Assembly (NCBI GenBank): GCA_050084985.1
Contig: JBITNC010000002.1
Coordinates: 30,008,001-30,072,000 of the forward strand
Direction: 5' to 3'
DNA from: Nageia nagi
Taxonomy: Eukaryota; Plantae; Pinophyta
Length of the DNA stretch: 64,000 nt
Both the position numbers and the translations under genes were made by a program. Every line of letters begins with the position of its first letter. The stretch's first letter is position 1. This document shows, piece by piece, positions 1 to 13,170 of this stretch. Under the pieces are notes generated by a model. That model was not told the origin of the DNA. It ran no database searches and saw nothing but the letters and a program-made list of their open reading frames with translations.

Positions 1-1242
1 GTGATGGGTCTATATTTAATTCAGTTTTTAAGTGTGGTTGCCTATGTACATGTAAAGTATTATTTCATAGTTATCTTGCAATTATATTTTGCACGTCCAT
101 GACTTAGGTAATGCAATCCTGTTTATTTTTACTCTTTTTACAGTAGTTTGCATGTAGCTCTTTCTAATTTGTTACTTGTACATATATAGTCATGAAACAG
201 TTGATATGACCTTGGGCTTGCTTTGATTAGCTCTATTCTTGTTCTGACTTGCTCTTTTGACTTATGTAGAATGTATAGCATGTAGCTGCTTTGCATCATT
301 CTCCCTTTTCTGCTACATGCATGTTACGAGCCCTTTCATTCTATCATGTTATGTTACTGTATCTTGGGGCAATAATTGTTACTAAAGTTGCTATGGAAAG
401 TAACTTGAAATATATAAGTATCTTATGAAGCCATAAAAATGGAAGTTGTAATTGTGAACAGTTAAGTTACTTCTCCCAAATGTAGAAAGGGAAAGGGAAA
501 AAGAAATATGGACAAATTGCAATTTTTATATGATTGTTCTTGTAAGATTTTTCTCAAATATGGTAACAGGTGTGAGAAGAATTGTAATTATTAGCAGAGG
601 CTTAATCAATGTATCCACTTGAGGGGATGACAGCAGGGCCCCTTCTTGCAGAGTGATAGTTGCAACTAAAGGAATTCAAAGTATATGATTCCACTCATAA
701 CAATCCCAATCTTCTACTCGTCTCATGTCCAAGATTACTTTGCTTGTAGTAAGGGAGCTCTCTTCTTGCATATGTGTTTGATCAAGAATAGGTTGACAGA
801 GCTCATCATTGGCAAGCAGTAAGATGATCTATTTGCTGGGGTGTGTCAGTATGTACTCATGACATGCTTTCCAAATTTTGGGGATCATGAAACACTTGCG
901 ACATAGTTCTCCTTCCAAATTTGAATACAAAAGGGAATACCACTAGGTTATCAACTGCCAAGAGATGTATGTTTATCATGAACACAATCTTTCATCAAAG
1001 TGAATATGCTTCATAGGAATGATGTATCCAAACAAATTCAGGTCCAATAAGAAGTAACTTCTGCTATTCTTGACTTTTTAGATATGTAATTTTGTGGTTG
1101 GTTGAATTTGAGAGATTCCTTCAGCATTTTGATCCAATATGCCATGGGTCCTTATGCATCATGTATAGTCCATTCTTTTCTTTGTGTGTATATTGGACAT
1201 GTTTAATATTTTGGACTGATTTATATTAACAGGACATCGAGA

Positions 1243-1334
1243 ATGGTTGATGTAAAATACAGGCCTCAAATTATACAACATTTATGCAAATCTTTGACAG
1301 CTACAGTTTATGACACTTTGTGGGTTCCTAGCAG
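1243..1334 (+). CDS. WDR92: WDR92/DNAAF10 coding exon 1 (MVDVKYRPQIIQHLCKSLTATVYDTLWVPS)
   Basis: Matches the WDR92 N-terminus (animal [23 protein letters not shown]). Acceptor ttaacag ends at 1232, ATG at 1243, donor AG|gttaga, phase 2. Confidence 0.9.
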
Positions 1335-1441
1335 GTTAGAAGCAAAGAGCAGATGCCTTTCTGTTAATATTACTATTTTTTTTAAATAATGAAAGGAAAC
1401 GTGAGAATCTGCACTTACAAGGAGTATGGTTTCTTTTATAG

Positions 1442-1493
1442 TGCTAGGTTTGTAGTCCTAGGTTCTACTGCACACTCATCGGGCTCCATTCAG
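1442..1493 (+). CDS. WDR92: WDR92 exon 2 (SARFVVLGSTAHSSGSIQ)
   Basis: ttttatag acceptor and CAG|gttagt donor. Phase fits exon 1. Matches SAKFVTMGNFARGTGVIQ. Confidence 0.9.
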
Positions 1494-1726
1494 GTTAGTA
1501 ATGAGTACCAGGTCCGGTAATCTACTTGATAAACTTTTCTTTCCTGCTATTAATTGTGTTAAATTATCCTAGATCTTTTATAGACTTCATTCATCCTTAT
1601 GTATGTATTAGAGATCCGCAAGTTGGGCAAGCATTAACAAATTTCAAAGATGGAAGATTAAATTTATAGGGAGAACAAATGCTATACAGGTGGAATGGTC
1701 CTCATGGTCGATCAATAGTTTTGCAG

Positions 1727-1768
1727 GTTTATGAACTAAATGGCTCTGAAATAAATGAAGTTGCGAAG
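1727..1768 (+). CDS. WDR92: WDR92 exon 3 (VYELNGSEINEVAK)
   Basis: ttttgcag acceptor, AAG|gtgggt donor, phase 0/0. Aligns to LYEIQHGDLKLLRE. Confidence 0.85.
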
Positions 1769-1998
1769 GTGGGTACCGGTTCAATTTGTATTACAGAATG
1801 TGATTTCTGTTTGAACTTGCATCTCGTTTTTCCTTAGGAAAGTACTGATTGAGGATCATTTTATTTCTTGGACTAGTGGTATGATAATAATGGTACCTTG
1901 AGAGTCCGGATTAAAAGGATAGGAGTCTTTTAACATCCTTGTAAAATACCCATATATGAAATGGTATTTTGGACTTATTTTTGTAAATTGATGTACAG

Positions 1999-2049
1999 GT
2001 AGAGAAACCATGCAGTATTAGGTGTGGAACATTTGGTGCCTCCACTCTG
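1999..2049 (+). CDS. WDR92: WDR92 exon 4 (VEKPCSIRCGTFGASTL)
   Basis: tgtacag acceptor, CTG|gtaaac donor. Conserved EK..I.CGTFGA motif. Confidence 0.92.
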
Positions 2050-2182
2050 GTAAACTTTAGGCAAGATGATTGTTTACCTTTTTCTTTTTCAAAAGTAACA
2101 TTAGATACATGTAGTGTTATATAATTTCAATGTTTACAAATTTGATTATGTAAGGATTTCCTTTTCCATATTGGGGTTCTAG

Positions 2183-5100
2183 GTTTTTTTTTTGATAGAT
2201 AATATAAATAGGGCACTTGCAATGTTTTATATTTGCATCAGGATATTCAAAAGAAACCTCGCCTAGAAGCACAAGAGGAACTAAAAAATAAAAACATAGA
2301 TATTTCCCAAAACAAAATCTACCTCTCACAAGAGTATTTAATAACAAACTAAGATTGAGACTATTAGGGCTTAAAATATAACATTGAAATGTCCCTGATC
2401 AAAGCCAAACATGGCTATAAAATCCCCACCAAAATTTCATAAACGACAATCAAAACCCTAAAAATTTCAAAATTCAAATACCATTCTTTTGCCTACAACG
2501 GGGTATAAAGCATGATCGGACTACTACCCTAATCACCACAAATTCCTCCATCCAACAAATTTGAAATATTTTGAAAGACTTGTTCCTGCTCATTCATGTA
2601 GCAAAAATCCTGCCTGTCATTGTAGGCATTGCCAACCACAAGCCAAGCACCTGCAGAATTACAACATCAACTGTGGATCGAATCTAAAACATGCTCCTGC
2701 ACATGAAACCGAATAATAAAAAGCTAATTTTTCAGACACCCCTTGATAGGGTAGAGCTGTTCCGTCTTCCTTCCACTATACTGCCCATCTCGTTCATCTC
2801 TTGAGAGCTTGGACAATATCTAGAGCATACTCCATAGCATAACAACATGGTCTCCCTCATCACCAAGGTTACACATGGTTAGGGTACGGGGGTATGAGTA
2901 CCCGGGGATGGTAGGGTACGGGGACCTGATTTTAGGGGATGGCTTGGAAACAACAGGTATATAACTAGTAAAAATTTCCAGAAATTTCAGATTTTTTAGA
3001 AATAAAGATAGTTTATTTTCTAATTTTACATTCATATTATCAATTCATTGACTCAATCAATAATTGAATTCATTCATGAAACATTCAATATGAAATTAAA
3101 TATCAAATAGTAAATACTAAAAATAAAAATACAAAATTGAGAACTCAAAATATTGACATTTGTAAGTGAAACTAAGTTTCTAAAATAATAATATTCAAAT
3201 ATGAATGAGCAATAGGCTAATAGTGTTATCAATGACCCATAATTATATAATGTCATTAAGTTGAATCAAGTACATAATATTAATAAATATTTAATGTATT
3301 CATTACTTTTTTTAATTTATAATTTTTATAGAAATACTAAAGATATAAAATTATCATTCTATAAATAATTCAATTATATGTATAAATTCTTAAATATAAA
3401 TAATACAATTAAATTATTAAAATTAAAAATTTGAATAAAATACATAAATAAAATTATTAAAATTATACTTTTGATGTTATAAAGCAAAAGAGGACAAATG
3501 TCCTCTAGCTGTCCCCATTTTGTCCTTTTTTTGGGGACAGCTCCCCGAGGCCTGTAAATGTTTCCAAGACGGCCCTTGTTGTTTCCCTAAAAAAGGGTAT
3601 GGTGGGGAAATGTTCCCTTCGATGTACCCATGTTCCCTCAGGTGGGGGGACACACCCCCGTGTTTCCCTCCTCATCACCAATGCCATGAAGACGAAAACA
3701 ACAGGGCCAAGAGACGAAATTAGAAGCCCATCTTTTGCCCTCTCACCATAAATGAACTCATAAAACCCAACAATGGATCTGCACAAGGAGATCACATCCT
3801 CCAACAAAGTGACCACCATTTGTGGGATTTGTTTTTGAACGACATAAGAGATTTACCTCACAAAAATGCAAAAACCTTAAATGAAACCCATAAGATTGTT
3901 CCGAGAGAAATCTCTTGGCTGTACTCATACTCGTTGTTGACAACAAGGTCATTTCCGGACATTAATCGTTTCCAAGCATTAATTGTGCGAGAATGAGTGG
4001 GAAGCAATCCTGAGCTCCTTGAACACAAGACCACCAAAATAAACGTAATTCCCAAATGCCAAGAGAAGTCAAAACAAGACAAGACATCTTCTCTTCCCAC
4101 AATATTTCTATCTGGCATCCCCATCCAGTGTCCTTGTAGAGCAAAACCCTAGACACCAGATCCACAACCAAAAACCATGAATCTGTCCGGAGCGAAGAAC
4201 TTTGAGGTTCATCAATCTTGCCATCCCCAAGGATAACAGTCCACCTACACTCTGTCTTCCCATACAGAGCTCGTGTTATACAATTCTAAGCCCTCCTCAC
4301 GAGCCAACAAACAAGCTCGCATGTTTGCCAAAGTAAATGGGATTCTGTCTACAGTCAAGATTGTCGACACACAGGTACCTCCATCCATTAAGTGAATCTA
4401 CAATGCCCCTGCATTGCGTTTGTTGCTTGGAGTAACCATCTAAGTTTCGACCCTAATAAGATTCCTCAATGCAACCCAACCCTTTCCACCCGGCATCAAA
4501 AAACATCTCCCAAGTCATCTGCATGCATATCTGTACTAGCATCCTGGGCAATAAATCTCCCTCCATAAAAGTTGCATGAGTGAATCCAAACTTCCAACAA
4601 GAGCCAGCAACGGTTCTGCACAACCAACCATTCTCCTCTCTCCCTTTATATCGAGCGCTAACAGAACTTCATTGGCCTCATGGGCAGTAAAAACCTTTTT
4701 TAGAAATGCAGTCTAAAGTCGACTGCATGTCAAATCTAGCTGAGATCTTTCCTATGACCTGTGAAATGACAAAGAAATTATTGCCCACCTCCCTCTTGGA
4801 ATCTCTTCTGAATGAAACTGGGGTTGCAATAATTGTCAGCAACTCTCGTCTGATACCTTCAACAAAACCCCAAGCATTCTCTATAGTGATTTGGCCACAA
4901 CCAGTCCCATCGAGTGCTGCATACAGGTCTGAAATATTATGCAAAACCAGACCATCCTTGCGTATGCTACCGAAGTCTGGATCGCCATCATTAGACCCCT
5001 TGCTTCCCTCACCTTTAGATGCGCTCTTGCTCTTCTCTACACTCGTCGCTGCCATTCTTAAGTCCAGTGGACTCACACTATTCCTCATTGCTCAGTGGAG

Positions 5101-5333
5101 GGATGGGGGAGTACATTAGAGATACCAAATATTTAATTGGAGGTTTCCTTGGCTGCGTTCTCACCTCCTGTCCTGAGAAATTTGATAGATCGGATGAAGA
5201 TTGAGTAGAGGCCATTGTCTTGAATTAGGCAAATTTTGATGAGCAGAGACGCCTCTGCTGCCCAGCACAGTTCAAATCAATGAGACGCTTTGGAAGTGTT
5301 GGGATTAAGACCTACAATCCTTCTGTAAAAGTG
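2183..5333 (-). mobile_element. Poly(A)-tailed non-autonomous retroposon or LINE derivative with a decayed ORF of unknown function
   Basis: T-run at about 2184-2193 reads ...ATTATCTATC(A)n on the minus strand. Similar flanks tattggggttctag (about 2169-2182) and tattgggttccag (5334-5346) suggest a degenerate TSD. Stacked minus-strand ORF fragments (4678-5088, 3858-4124, 3505-3819). No reverse transcriptase (RT) motif seen. Confidence 0.5.
2864..3670. mobile_element. hAT-type MITE
   Basis: Perfect 8-bp TSD ctcatcac (2856-2863 and 3671-3678). Degenerate terminal inverted repeats (TIRs) caaggttacac / gtgtttccctc. G/C-rich subterminal motifs around an AT-rich core. Confidence 0.8.
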
Positions 5334-8300
5334 TATTGGGTTCCAGTTGTTAAACTAACATATTGTTTAGTTTAACAAGTAGAACACATATATATGTTAT
5401 GGATATAATAGAAATCAATAATTGTTGTAAACTTGTATATTGTTCTCTAAGAACAACTCTTTAAGACTGTTAAAGCTGCAAGTGCTTTAAACTTCTGACA
5501 TAACAGGCCACAACAATGTTGTGCATACACTACCGCCATATGAGCTCTTGCAAAGAGGACATATTATGGAACTGGCTTCCAAGAACTCTAAATACACTAT
5601 CAAATCATTAATTGCAATCTGTGATAGCACTTCGATAAGAGTTCCTGCAATTAGAATCTTGGAATAAAAAATAATTGTAAAACTTGTGTAAATGTTGTAA
5701 TGAGGCTATTGAAATGCTTCTCGAGAAGTAAATGTATTCCATTTTTAGGCTAGAGGGAGCTGGAAAGCTAGCCATTTAATAACTTTCATCATTGTTACTG
5801 TGTGATTTTATGTGGAAATTGTTGGTCTCTTTAGAACGGCCTTTGTACTCTTTGATGAGCTTACAATTATAATTGCATTCAAACAAGGTCTCCTTTCTTC
5901 TGCTCATTTTGTCATCTACGTTGATGAGTTTGAAGACTTTAATTTTCTGGTACTCTTATCTAAATGATGGACATATTTTTATTGCAACACTACTTTATGT
6001 TGAGATGTGGTTCTAATATATTCTATTGAGGGTTTTCAAGTGCAATTGGATACTCTTTCTCTATGATGTGATCATCTTCATCTTGTTCTGAACCTTTGCA
6101 AAACTAAGGATATGATATTGAAAATTGTTCTTGAAAAAATTCTGTACAAAAAATTGAACATTGCAGATTACACTTTGTTAGCCATCATCAACAACCTATG
6201 GGTGTGATTGCAAGATGATATTTAAGCCAATTAAATTGACTAAAATTTAAATATACATCGAAATATAACAAGCGAGACCTCTTAAATAATATTTGCAATG
6301 TAAAAATGAGGTAAAGGATATTACATTAAATCAAAGATATAATAAGTCAATGACATAAACTTCATTAAATTTGAATATTATATAACCACTATTACATATT
6401 ACTGAATACAACTAATAAAATTCATTTTTCAAAATTTCAAACACTGTTCTCCATTATTGAGTCAGTCTCAAACTATCATCTTGCTTGAGGTTGTTTGGAT
6501 GTTTTACATTTTCTATTTCAGTCCTTTTATGTTGATCACTTTTTGAATATTGAGACCGATATTGTCATTTGTCCTAACTATATTCAACAATATTGGAGAG
6601 CATCTTGATGGTTTCTTCTTTGCATGATGTGGATATTGAATCTCGTGATTCTTTTGGTGATTGAGTCAAGAGTGAAGTTTGATGATCATATATATGTTAA
6701 AAAGGGATTCATGGTTGGTTCTTTGTGTATGAAGGAGGATGATAATGTTTTGGTGATTCCGCTTTGCATCTTGCACTTCTTTGGTTCCAAGAAATAGGGT
6801 ATTGAGTCCCTCTCAAGTTGCTACTTTGTTGATGTGAGATTGATTTTTCCCTTTGGAGATTTATTTGTTTGGCTTAACTCTTGGAAATTTGAAGTTCCTT
6901 TCATGGGGCTTTGCAGTTGTAAAGATTTATTCTATTGTTCTATTACCTTCCCTATGTGAAGGAGCATTGCTATGTTTGGCATCATGATTTGTAATTCTAT
7001 GATGTCACCATTAACATATCCTATGAATCTTGTTGATTGGAGACAAAGTTGTTTGCATTCAAGTAGTGAAGATCATGGAGATCATTCCATTGGATGTATG
7101 GACTATTCATCTTCCATGCTATCAATGTTCTTTGAAGATTAAGATTCTCTCTCATGGAGGAGATTATCTTGTGCTCTTTTGAGGGTTCGTTTTCTTTCAA
7201 ATCTTTGAAGTCTATTTTTTTCTTCATTTGAAAGCCTTGAAAATTTGACAAAAAATACATATGAAAATTATCACGTGGATATTGGTTCTCAAGGATATTT
7301 TCAAGGAGTTGCACCATACGACCTTGGTAGGAGTGGAGTTTTGATTGTGGTTTGAGTGGCCCTTAGAAGCTCCCATTGAGGGGGAATGTTCTTAGACATC
7401 AATGGCCTACCTTCCTCAATTATATCTTTTGTGATTGGTTACCATGTAATCCCTTAGGGCGGATGTTAGGTTATGGCATTCTTGGTAACACGACATGGGT
7501 GATCATAAATACCTAACTTAAATTAGAACATTAAGTTATAGTCCTTCATTAATTAAAGGATTAAACATTAGGTCTAATACTTTATTATGACTGACTAATG
7601 TTATAAAAGGTCATTAACATATTGTATGGCCAACATTATTTAATATTTGGTATTGGGATTGACTTTTAATATATGTATGTCATCCGTCCTTCATATTTTT
7701 ATAGTTAATTATTAATAAAGTGTTATTGGGCTATAAACCTCCAAATCTTTGTGTTCTTTCTCTTTTGTATTATTATTGTTTTCACTTTTATTATTTGCTT
7801 TGTTGTTTGATGTTGGAGCATTTGGTTCTTGTTTTGGCTACCTTCAATTTTCCAATTGTGACAACTTTGGTTTGCCAAAATCAAACCGATTCATCTGAAG
7901 AAACTATACAAACCGAAGTTTCAATTTTCTTGAAGCCCAAAGATGTATGGGAACTTGTAGTAAGTGAGAAATAGCCTCAGGATCTTGCTGAATGGGCCAA
8001 ATGGGGATAAATGGACAAAGGAGCAAAGCTTTTCCTTATGTTTTTTGTTTATGATGAAGCAACAATCTATTCGAAAGATGCAAAATTTGCAAATGAGGTA
8101 TAGCATTGACTCAAAAGTGCTTTTGGAGTTTCCAATATAAATAAGAAATTGTTTCCTAAAGGAAATTAGCCAATGCAACAATGAGAGAGGAGATAAAGTG
8201 AAGAGCTTCATAGATGATGTAAGAGATATTTATAATCAACTTGCAACCATAAATTGCAAAATTGAGGATGTGTATATTATGTTTGTTGTACTAAATGATC

Positions 8301-10009
8301 TGCATGAACTATTTGATGCATTTGTTATGCTATCTCAAATTCTAGCTTGGTGATTTTGTTTAAGGAATTGATTGGCCAATTATTGCAAGAACACAGATTG
8401 GCACATAATAATCGTAGACATGGTGTGCAAGATGCAAGGACAACTCTGGCTGCAAAATCAATGATTAGGTATCCAAATATCAGATTCAAAAAGATAGATT
8501 TGGAAAGTTAAACCACAATAAGGGTGATTTTATAGAATGAAAAATCATTGGATTTTCAATGTTGATTTAATATAAGGAATACAAATAAATTTAATCAGAA
8601 TAATGGAAAATATGATCAGAAAACAATTGTTTTAGAGCAGTGATGAGTCAGATGAAGAAACAAAATCATGTTAAAAGCAACACATTCAAAGGTGGGATTA
8701 GAGAATTGGATAGTTGATTTGGGAGCAACAAAAATATCATTTGGCATGAAAACCCTGTTTTGAAATTTGCCAAAATGAAAAGGATTCAATAACTCTTGGA
8801 GATAACTGAGAGTTGAAGGTGCAAGGTAAGAGCTAATCAGTGAAATTTCCTGAAGGAGAAATGAAGCAGATCTCTAGTGTCTCTTATGAATCTCAAATTA
8901 AATATAAGTTCCTTTCAGATAGCGCATTCAAGATGCAGATGGATGTTGTTTACAAAAAAGCATATATTGGTATGAATGTTTGTGAATATCTAGCCAAAAA
9001 TGAAAAAAATGAATTCAATTAACTTTGTAGATTGAGGTTGAAGTGGCAAAGATAATAGAAATAGAGGCTATAATATAGTGAAATTCTAAGGAGAAATAAG
9101 AGATAGTGTAATCATGATTAGAATAAGGAATAGTTTTTTCAGGATAGGTGTTATCATAGTTTGTACAACATGAGCAGTTGGTCCAAGAAAAGATGCAATC
9201 TTAAATCAAGATAGAGAAATTGTAGAATTGGGAAAAAAAGATTGATTGTGGTTTTTGGATGGTGATATAGTAGTACAAAAAGCATTGACAGTGAATTAAA
9301 AATTTTAAACACAATCTTTGGCATAAAAGTTCTAATCACTCGAATTTTCTTTTTTTGAAGCAACTTAGTGCATATCAAATGGTTGAAAGAATCCCTGAAT
9401 TAATTAGGAATAGAATGTTTGTCAAGAATGCATTCGTGAAAAGCAACATCGAGCTCCATTCGATGAATATGTAAAGAGCAAATAACTTGATGGAGATTGT
9501 GTACTCAGATATTTGTGGGCCTTTGATACAAATATCAATTTTGGATATGAGATACTTCTTTTGTTTGGTGACGACTTCAACAAAAACATATGGATTTGTT
9601 TCTTGAAGAAGAAATCAGATTATTTTGAAAAGTTTGAGTGATTCAATGTGATGGTAAGGAAATAAACGGTTGAAGCATTTAAACCCTATGTATAGAACAA
9701 GGGGTAGAGTTTAAATGAATTTTGTAAGTTCTGCAAAGATTAAGGAATTCAAGGGCAATTTATAGCTAAATATGCTCCTTGGCAAAATGGTTTACTGGAG
9801 AGAAGAAAAAAACTATTATGACTATGGTGAGATCAATCTCAGTGGGATGTCCACTTGAAAGGAAGTTTTGGGTAGAAACAACATTGAGAATAATTAATAT
9901 TCTCAACAGGTCATCAACAAAGTAGCTACAACAAAAGAGATTGGAAGAGGTATCATTTGGAGACAAAACCAAGATATATCACTTGAGGGTGTTTGGATAT
10001 GTAGCTTAT

Positions 10010-10740
10010 TGTAATGCCTACTATGAGGATGCAAATTCGAAATAGTATTAACCCCAAAAAGCCAAATTACATTCCAAAATAATAATCATAAAAAGAGGAG
10101 AAGGAAACGTAACTCCGTAAAAGAATCTTTAGAACCTTAAAAACTCCTAAACTACCTAGTGACATGTGGAATTTTTTCCACTTGCAAATACGAAAATATA
10201 AAATACTTTTGTCACACCTACACACACCTAAATCTAATTACGTCGAGAGACGTTTCTACAATGGCAGCCAAGGGGGTGGGGTGGGGTGGGGAGCCAAAAT
10301 GTCGCTCCGTTTGTATGTCCATCATCAACAGTTGACTCTATTAATTATTCTAAATATAAATTTAATAACACGCCAAAAAAAATTTAATAATATACGGCAT
10401 AACTATATTAGTTATATATAATTTTCATATATTATACAATGCATAAACTGTTTTAAATACATCTCATGTGTATTCAAATAAATATCTTTAAATGCATTGG
10501 TTGTTTTAAATTTATATATTCGCTGTTTTAAATTTTTTCATTCTTTTTTTTTAAATTTTTTATATACATTTGCTGTAAATATTAGTTTCTAAATTATTAT
10601 ATTATCAATAACAAAATAGTTTATAATTTATATTATTGACAATATAATAATTTTAGGAATTAATTTCTAAATTATTTGGAACGATATCTCTTGGCGTTTT
10701 TTGATATATAGGGAGTTATATCAAAGCTAGTAATATTACA
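10010..10740. mobile_element. AT-rich insertion with TGTAAT...ATTACA ends splitting the Copia pol (solo-LTR-like or MITE)
   Basis: The Copia motif VFGYVAY|...LIPKD is interrupted here. Inverted termini are present but there is no clean TSD. Confidence 0.45.
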
Positions 10741-12329
10741 AATAACCTTAATCCCTAAGGATTAGTTTTCCAACAATATGCATATTCCAAAAGAAAATAT
10801 AAAGAAATTGGATGATAGAATTAAAATTTTGTATGATATAGTTCTAAAACAAAAGCTTACAAACTATGGAATCCAAAATCCAAAATCATTCATATTAGTA
10901 GAGATGTATTGTTTGATGAGGCTGAAAAAAGAGGAGATGATACTGAAAGGTTGAAATTGAGACTTCCATAGTTTAAAGTAAAAGAAGAAAGTGAAGAGGA
11001 GGATGAAAGAAGGAAAAATGGATTCCAATAATAAACAGGAAAGGTAATCACATTTGATGAAATAACATACAAAGCTTGGGAATCTCCCCAGTCTTACAGT
11101 TGAAAGAGTCACTAGATCCAAAGCAAAACAAAGAATAAATCATGTTCTGAAGGAAACAGTTCTAAAGATCAAGAGCCACGCTTTGTTTAAAAAGAAAACA
11201 AAGTTCCAAAATGGAGAGAAGCAATGAATAAAGATTATGATGCTCTAATTCACAACAGAACATGGGAATTGGTCAAACTACCACTTGGCAAGAAAGTCAT
11301 AAAGAATATTTGGGTTTTTAGAACCAAACATAATACAAATGGCATAAAAAGAAGGTATCGATTACACTGAAATTTTTGCACCCACTGTAAAAATTCAGAC
11401 CATTAGAATGTTGTTATCAAGAGCTGCATATAAGGGCTAGAAAGTGCATCAAATAGCTGTCAAGAATGCATTTCTCAGTGGCATGGATAAAGAAATTTAT
11501 ACAGAAAAAACTAAAGTTTATCAAGAAAAAGGAAAAGCGCATCTCGTTAGCAAATTAGAGAAAGCATTATATGGATTTAAGCAAGCACAAAGGTAGTGGT
11601 ATATCAAGTTGAATTATACTTATGGGAAAAAGGATTCATAAGTAGCACAATATATTACAAGATTGAAGGTACTTATCTTGTTATCATTGTTGTTTATGTT
11701 GATGATTTAGTGATAACTGGTAATAGTGAAGATATGATTCAAGATGCAAAAACAAAACTTAGCAGCAAATTTGGATTGCTTCACTATCTCTTTGGTATTG
11801 AAGTATGGAAAATAGTTTCATAATCAAAATATGCAAAATAATTGGTGAAGAAATTCAAAATGGAAGATGCAAGAACATTTTCAGCACCAATGGAAGCAAA
11901 ATTGAAATTAAGCAAGTTTATGGATAAAAGAAAAATTGATCCTAGACAACTTATTGGTTGTTTGATTTAGTTAACCTAAACTAGGCCAAATATATTTATG
12001 CTACTATTTTATCTCTAGATTTATGACAGATCCAAGGCAACAACATTGGAATGTAGGAAAAAAGATTTTGGGATGTATTAAAGAAACAACAAACTATGGA
12101 ATTATTTATGAACGTGCCATACTTTTATTTATTATGATATTAAGATTTAGATTGGCCAAGTTCAAAAACGGATAGAAGATCAACTACAAGATATGCATTC
12201 AATTTTGGTTTAGGAATGATATCTTGGAACTATTAAAAACAGAACATAGTTGCATTGTCTTTGAGAGAGGTATAATACAAGGCCATGACCTAAGCAACAA
12301 AAGAGATAATTTGGATAGGAAAAATACTT

Positions 12330-13056
12330 GTAGTTAGACTCGCTAGGAATCGCAAGTCTGAGTCCCAAGTGGGCCCTGGTGAGTCCAGATAGCTAGGACT
12401 CGTTGGACTTGACAAGTCTTGATTGTCGGACTTGCCAAATTCAGAAATAAAAGAGTTGAAAAAGTGACTTAAAAACTTAAGAAGCACCCTCATTTGTCAG
12501 TTTTCAGTTTGCAGCTGCTAGGAAGAAGGTGAAACAAAGGGCAAGAGACATTTGATAGCTAAAAAAAAGATTTCTTTCCATTAGAACGAATTTTCTTTGA
12601 GTTGGGAAGAATCTAACACCCACCAAGTGACACCAACACACCCACAAGCTGAAGAATTGAAGTAAATAAAATAATTTCTCTATCTTTTACATTTTCTTCT
12701 TGGTTTGTTTTCCATTTTGCTTGCTCTAAACATAATTTTGGGGGTTTTGCTTTTTTCTTTTCATTTGATAAAAAAAAGTAGTAGGATTTAGCAAATTTAT
12801 GATTGTTTGATAAAAAAATTAAAATTGGCAATAGGGTAACTAAGATTTTTGTATGTTGTAGCAACCATAGGCACATTTTGTATTCTGAAGTTTTAATATT
12901 TTGATGAATACAAACATATGCCCTTTCCTATTCGCAATTTCTTATTTGCAATTGTGTATATTGTGAATTGTATAATGTTGATGTTGAGTAATTAGGATTC
13001 TAGAAGACACGAATGACAATAATAAGTAATATGTAATTGAAAAAAATGTATTTTTG

Positions 13057-13087
<31 letters not shown>

Positions 13088-13170
13088 TGTCGAGTTTGGC
13101 TATGCTTCTTTTTCGAGTCCTTCCGGGGGGCGTTGGTGAGTCTGTGCCAAATCCGAGTTTGACAATTATG
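12330..13170. mobile_element. hAT-type MITE inside the Copia RNase H region
   Basis: Subterminal gactcg/cgagt repeats. Right end ccgagtttgacaattatg resembles the hAT end at 54064. Copia RNase H resumes right after it (CDSQ...KNP). Confidence 0.65.
13057..13079. repeat. (TA)n microsatellite
   Basis: Direct inspection. Confidence 0.9.

Noticed and set aside
7377-7860. 5' LTR of the Copia element
   Set aside because: It follows a PPT-like ttgagggggaa and does not resemble the 3' LTR at 13402, so it is probably a remnant of another element.
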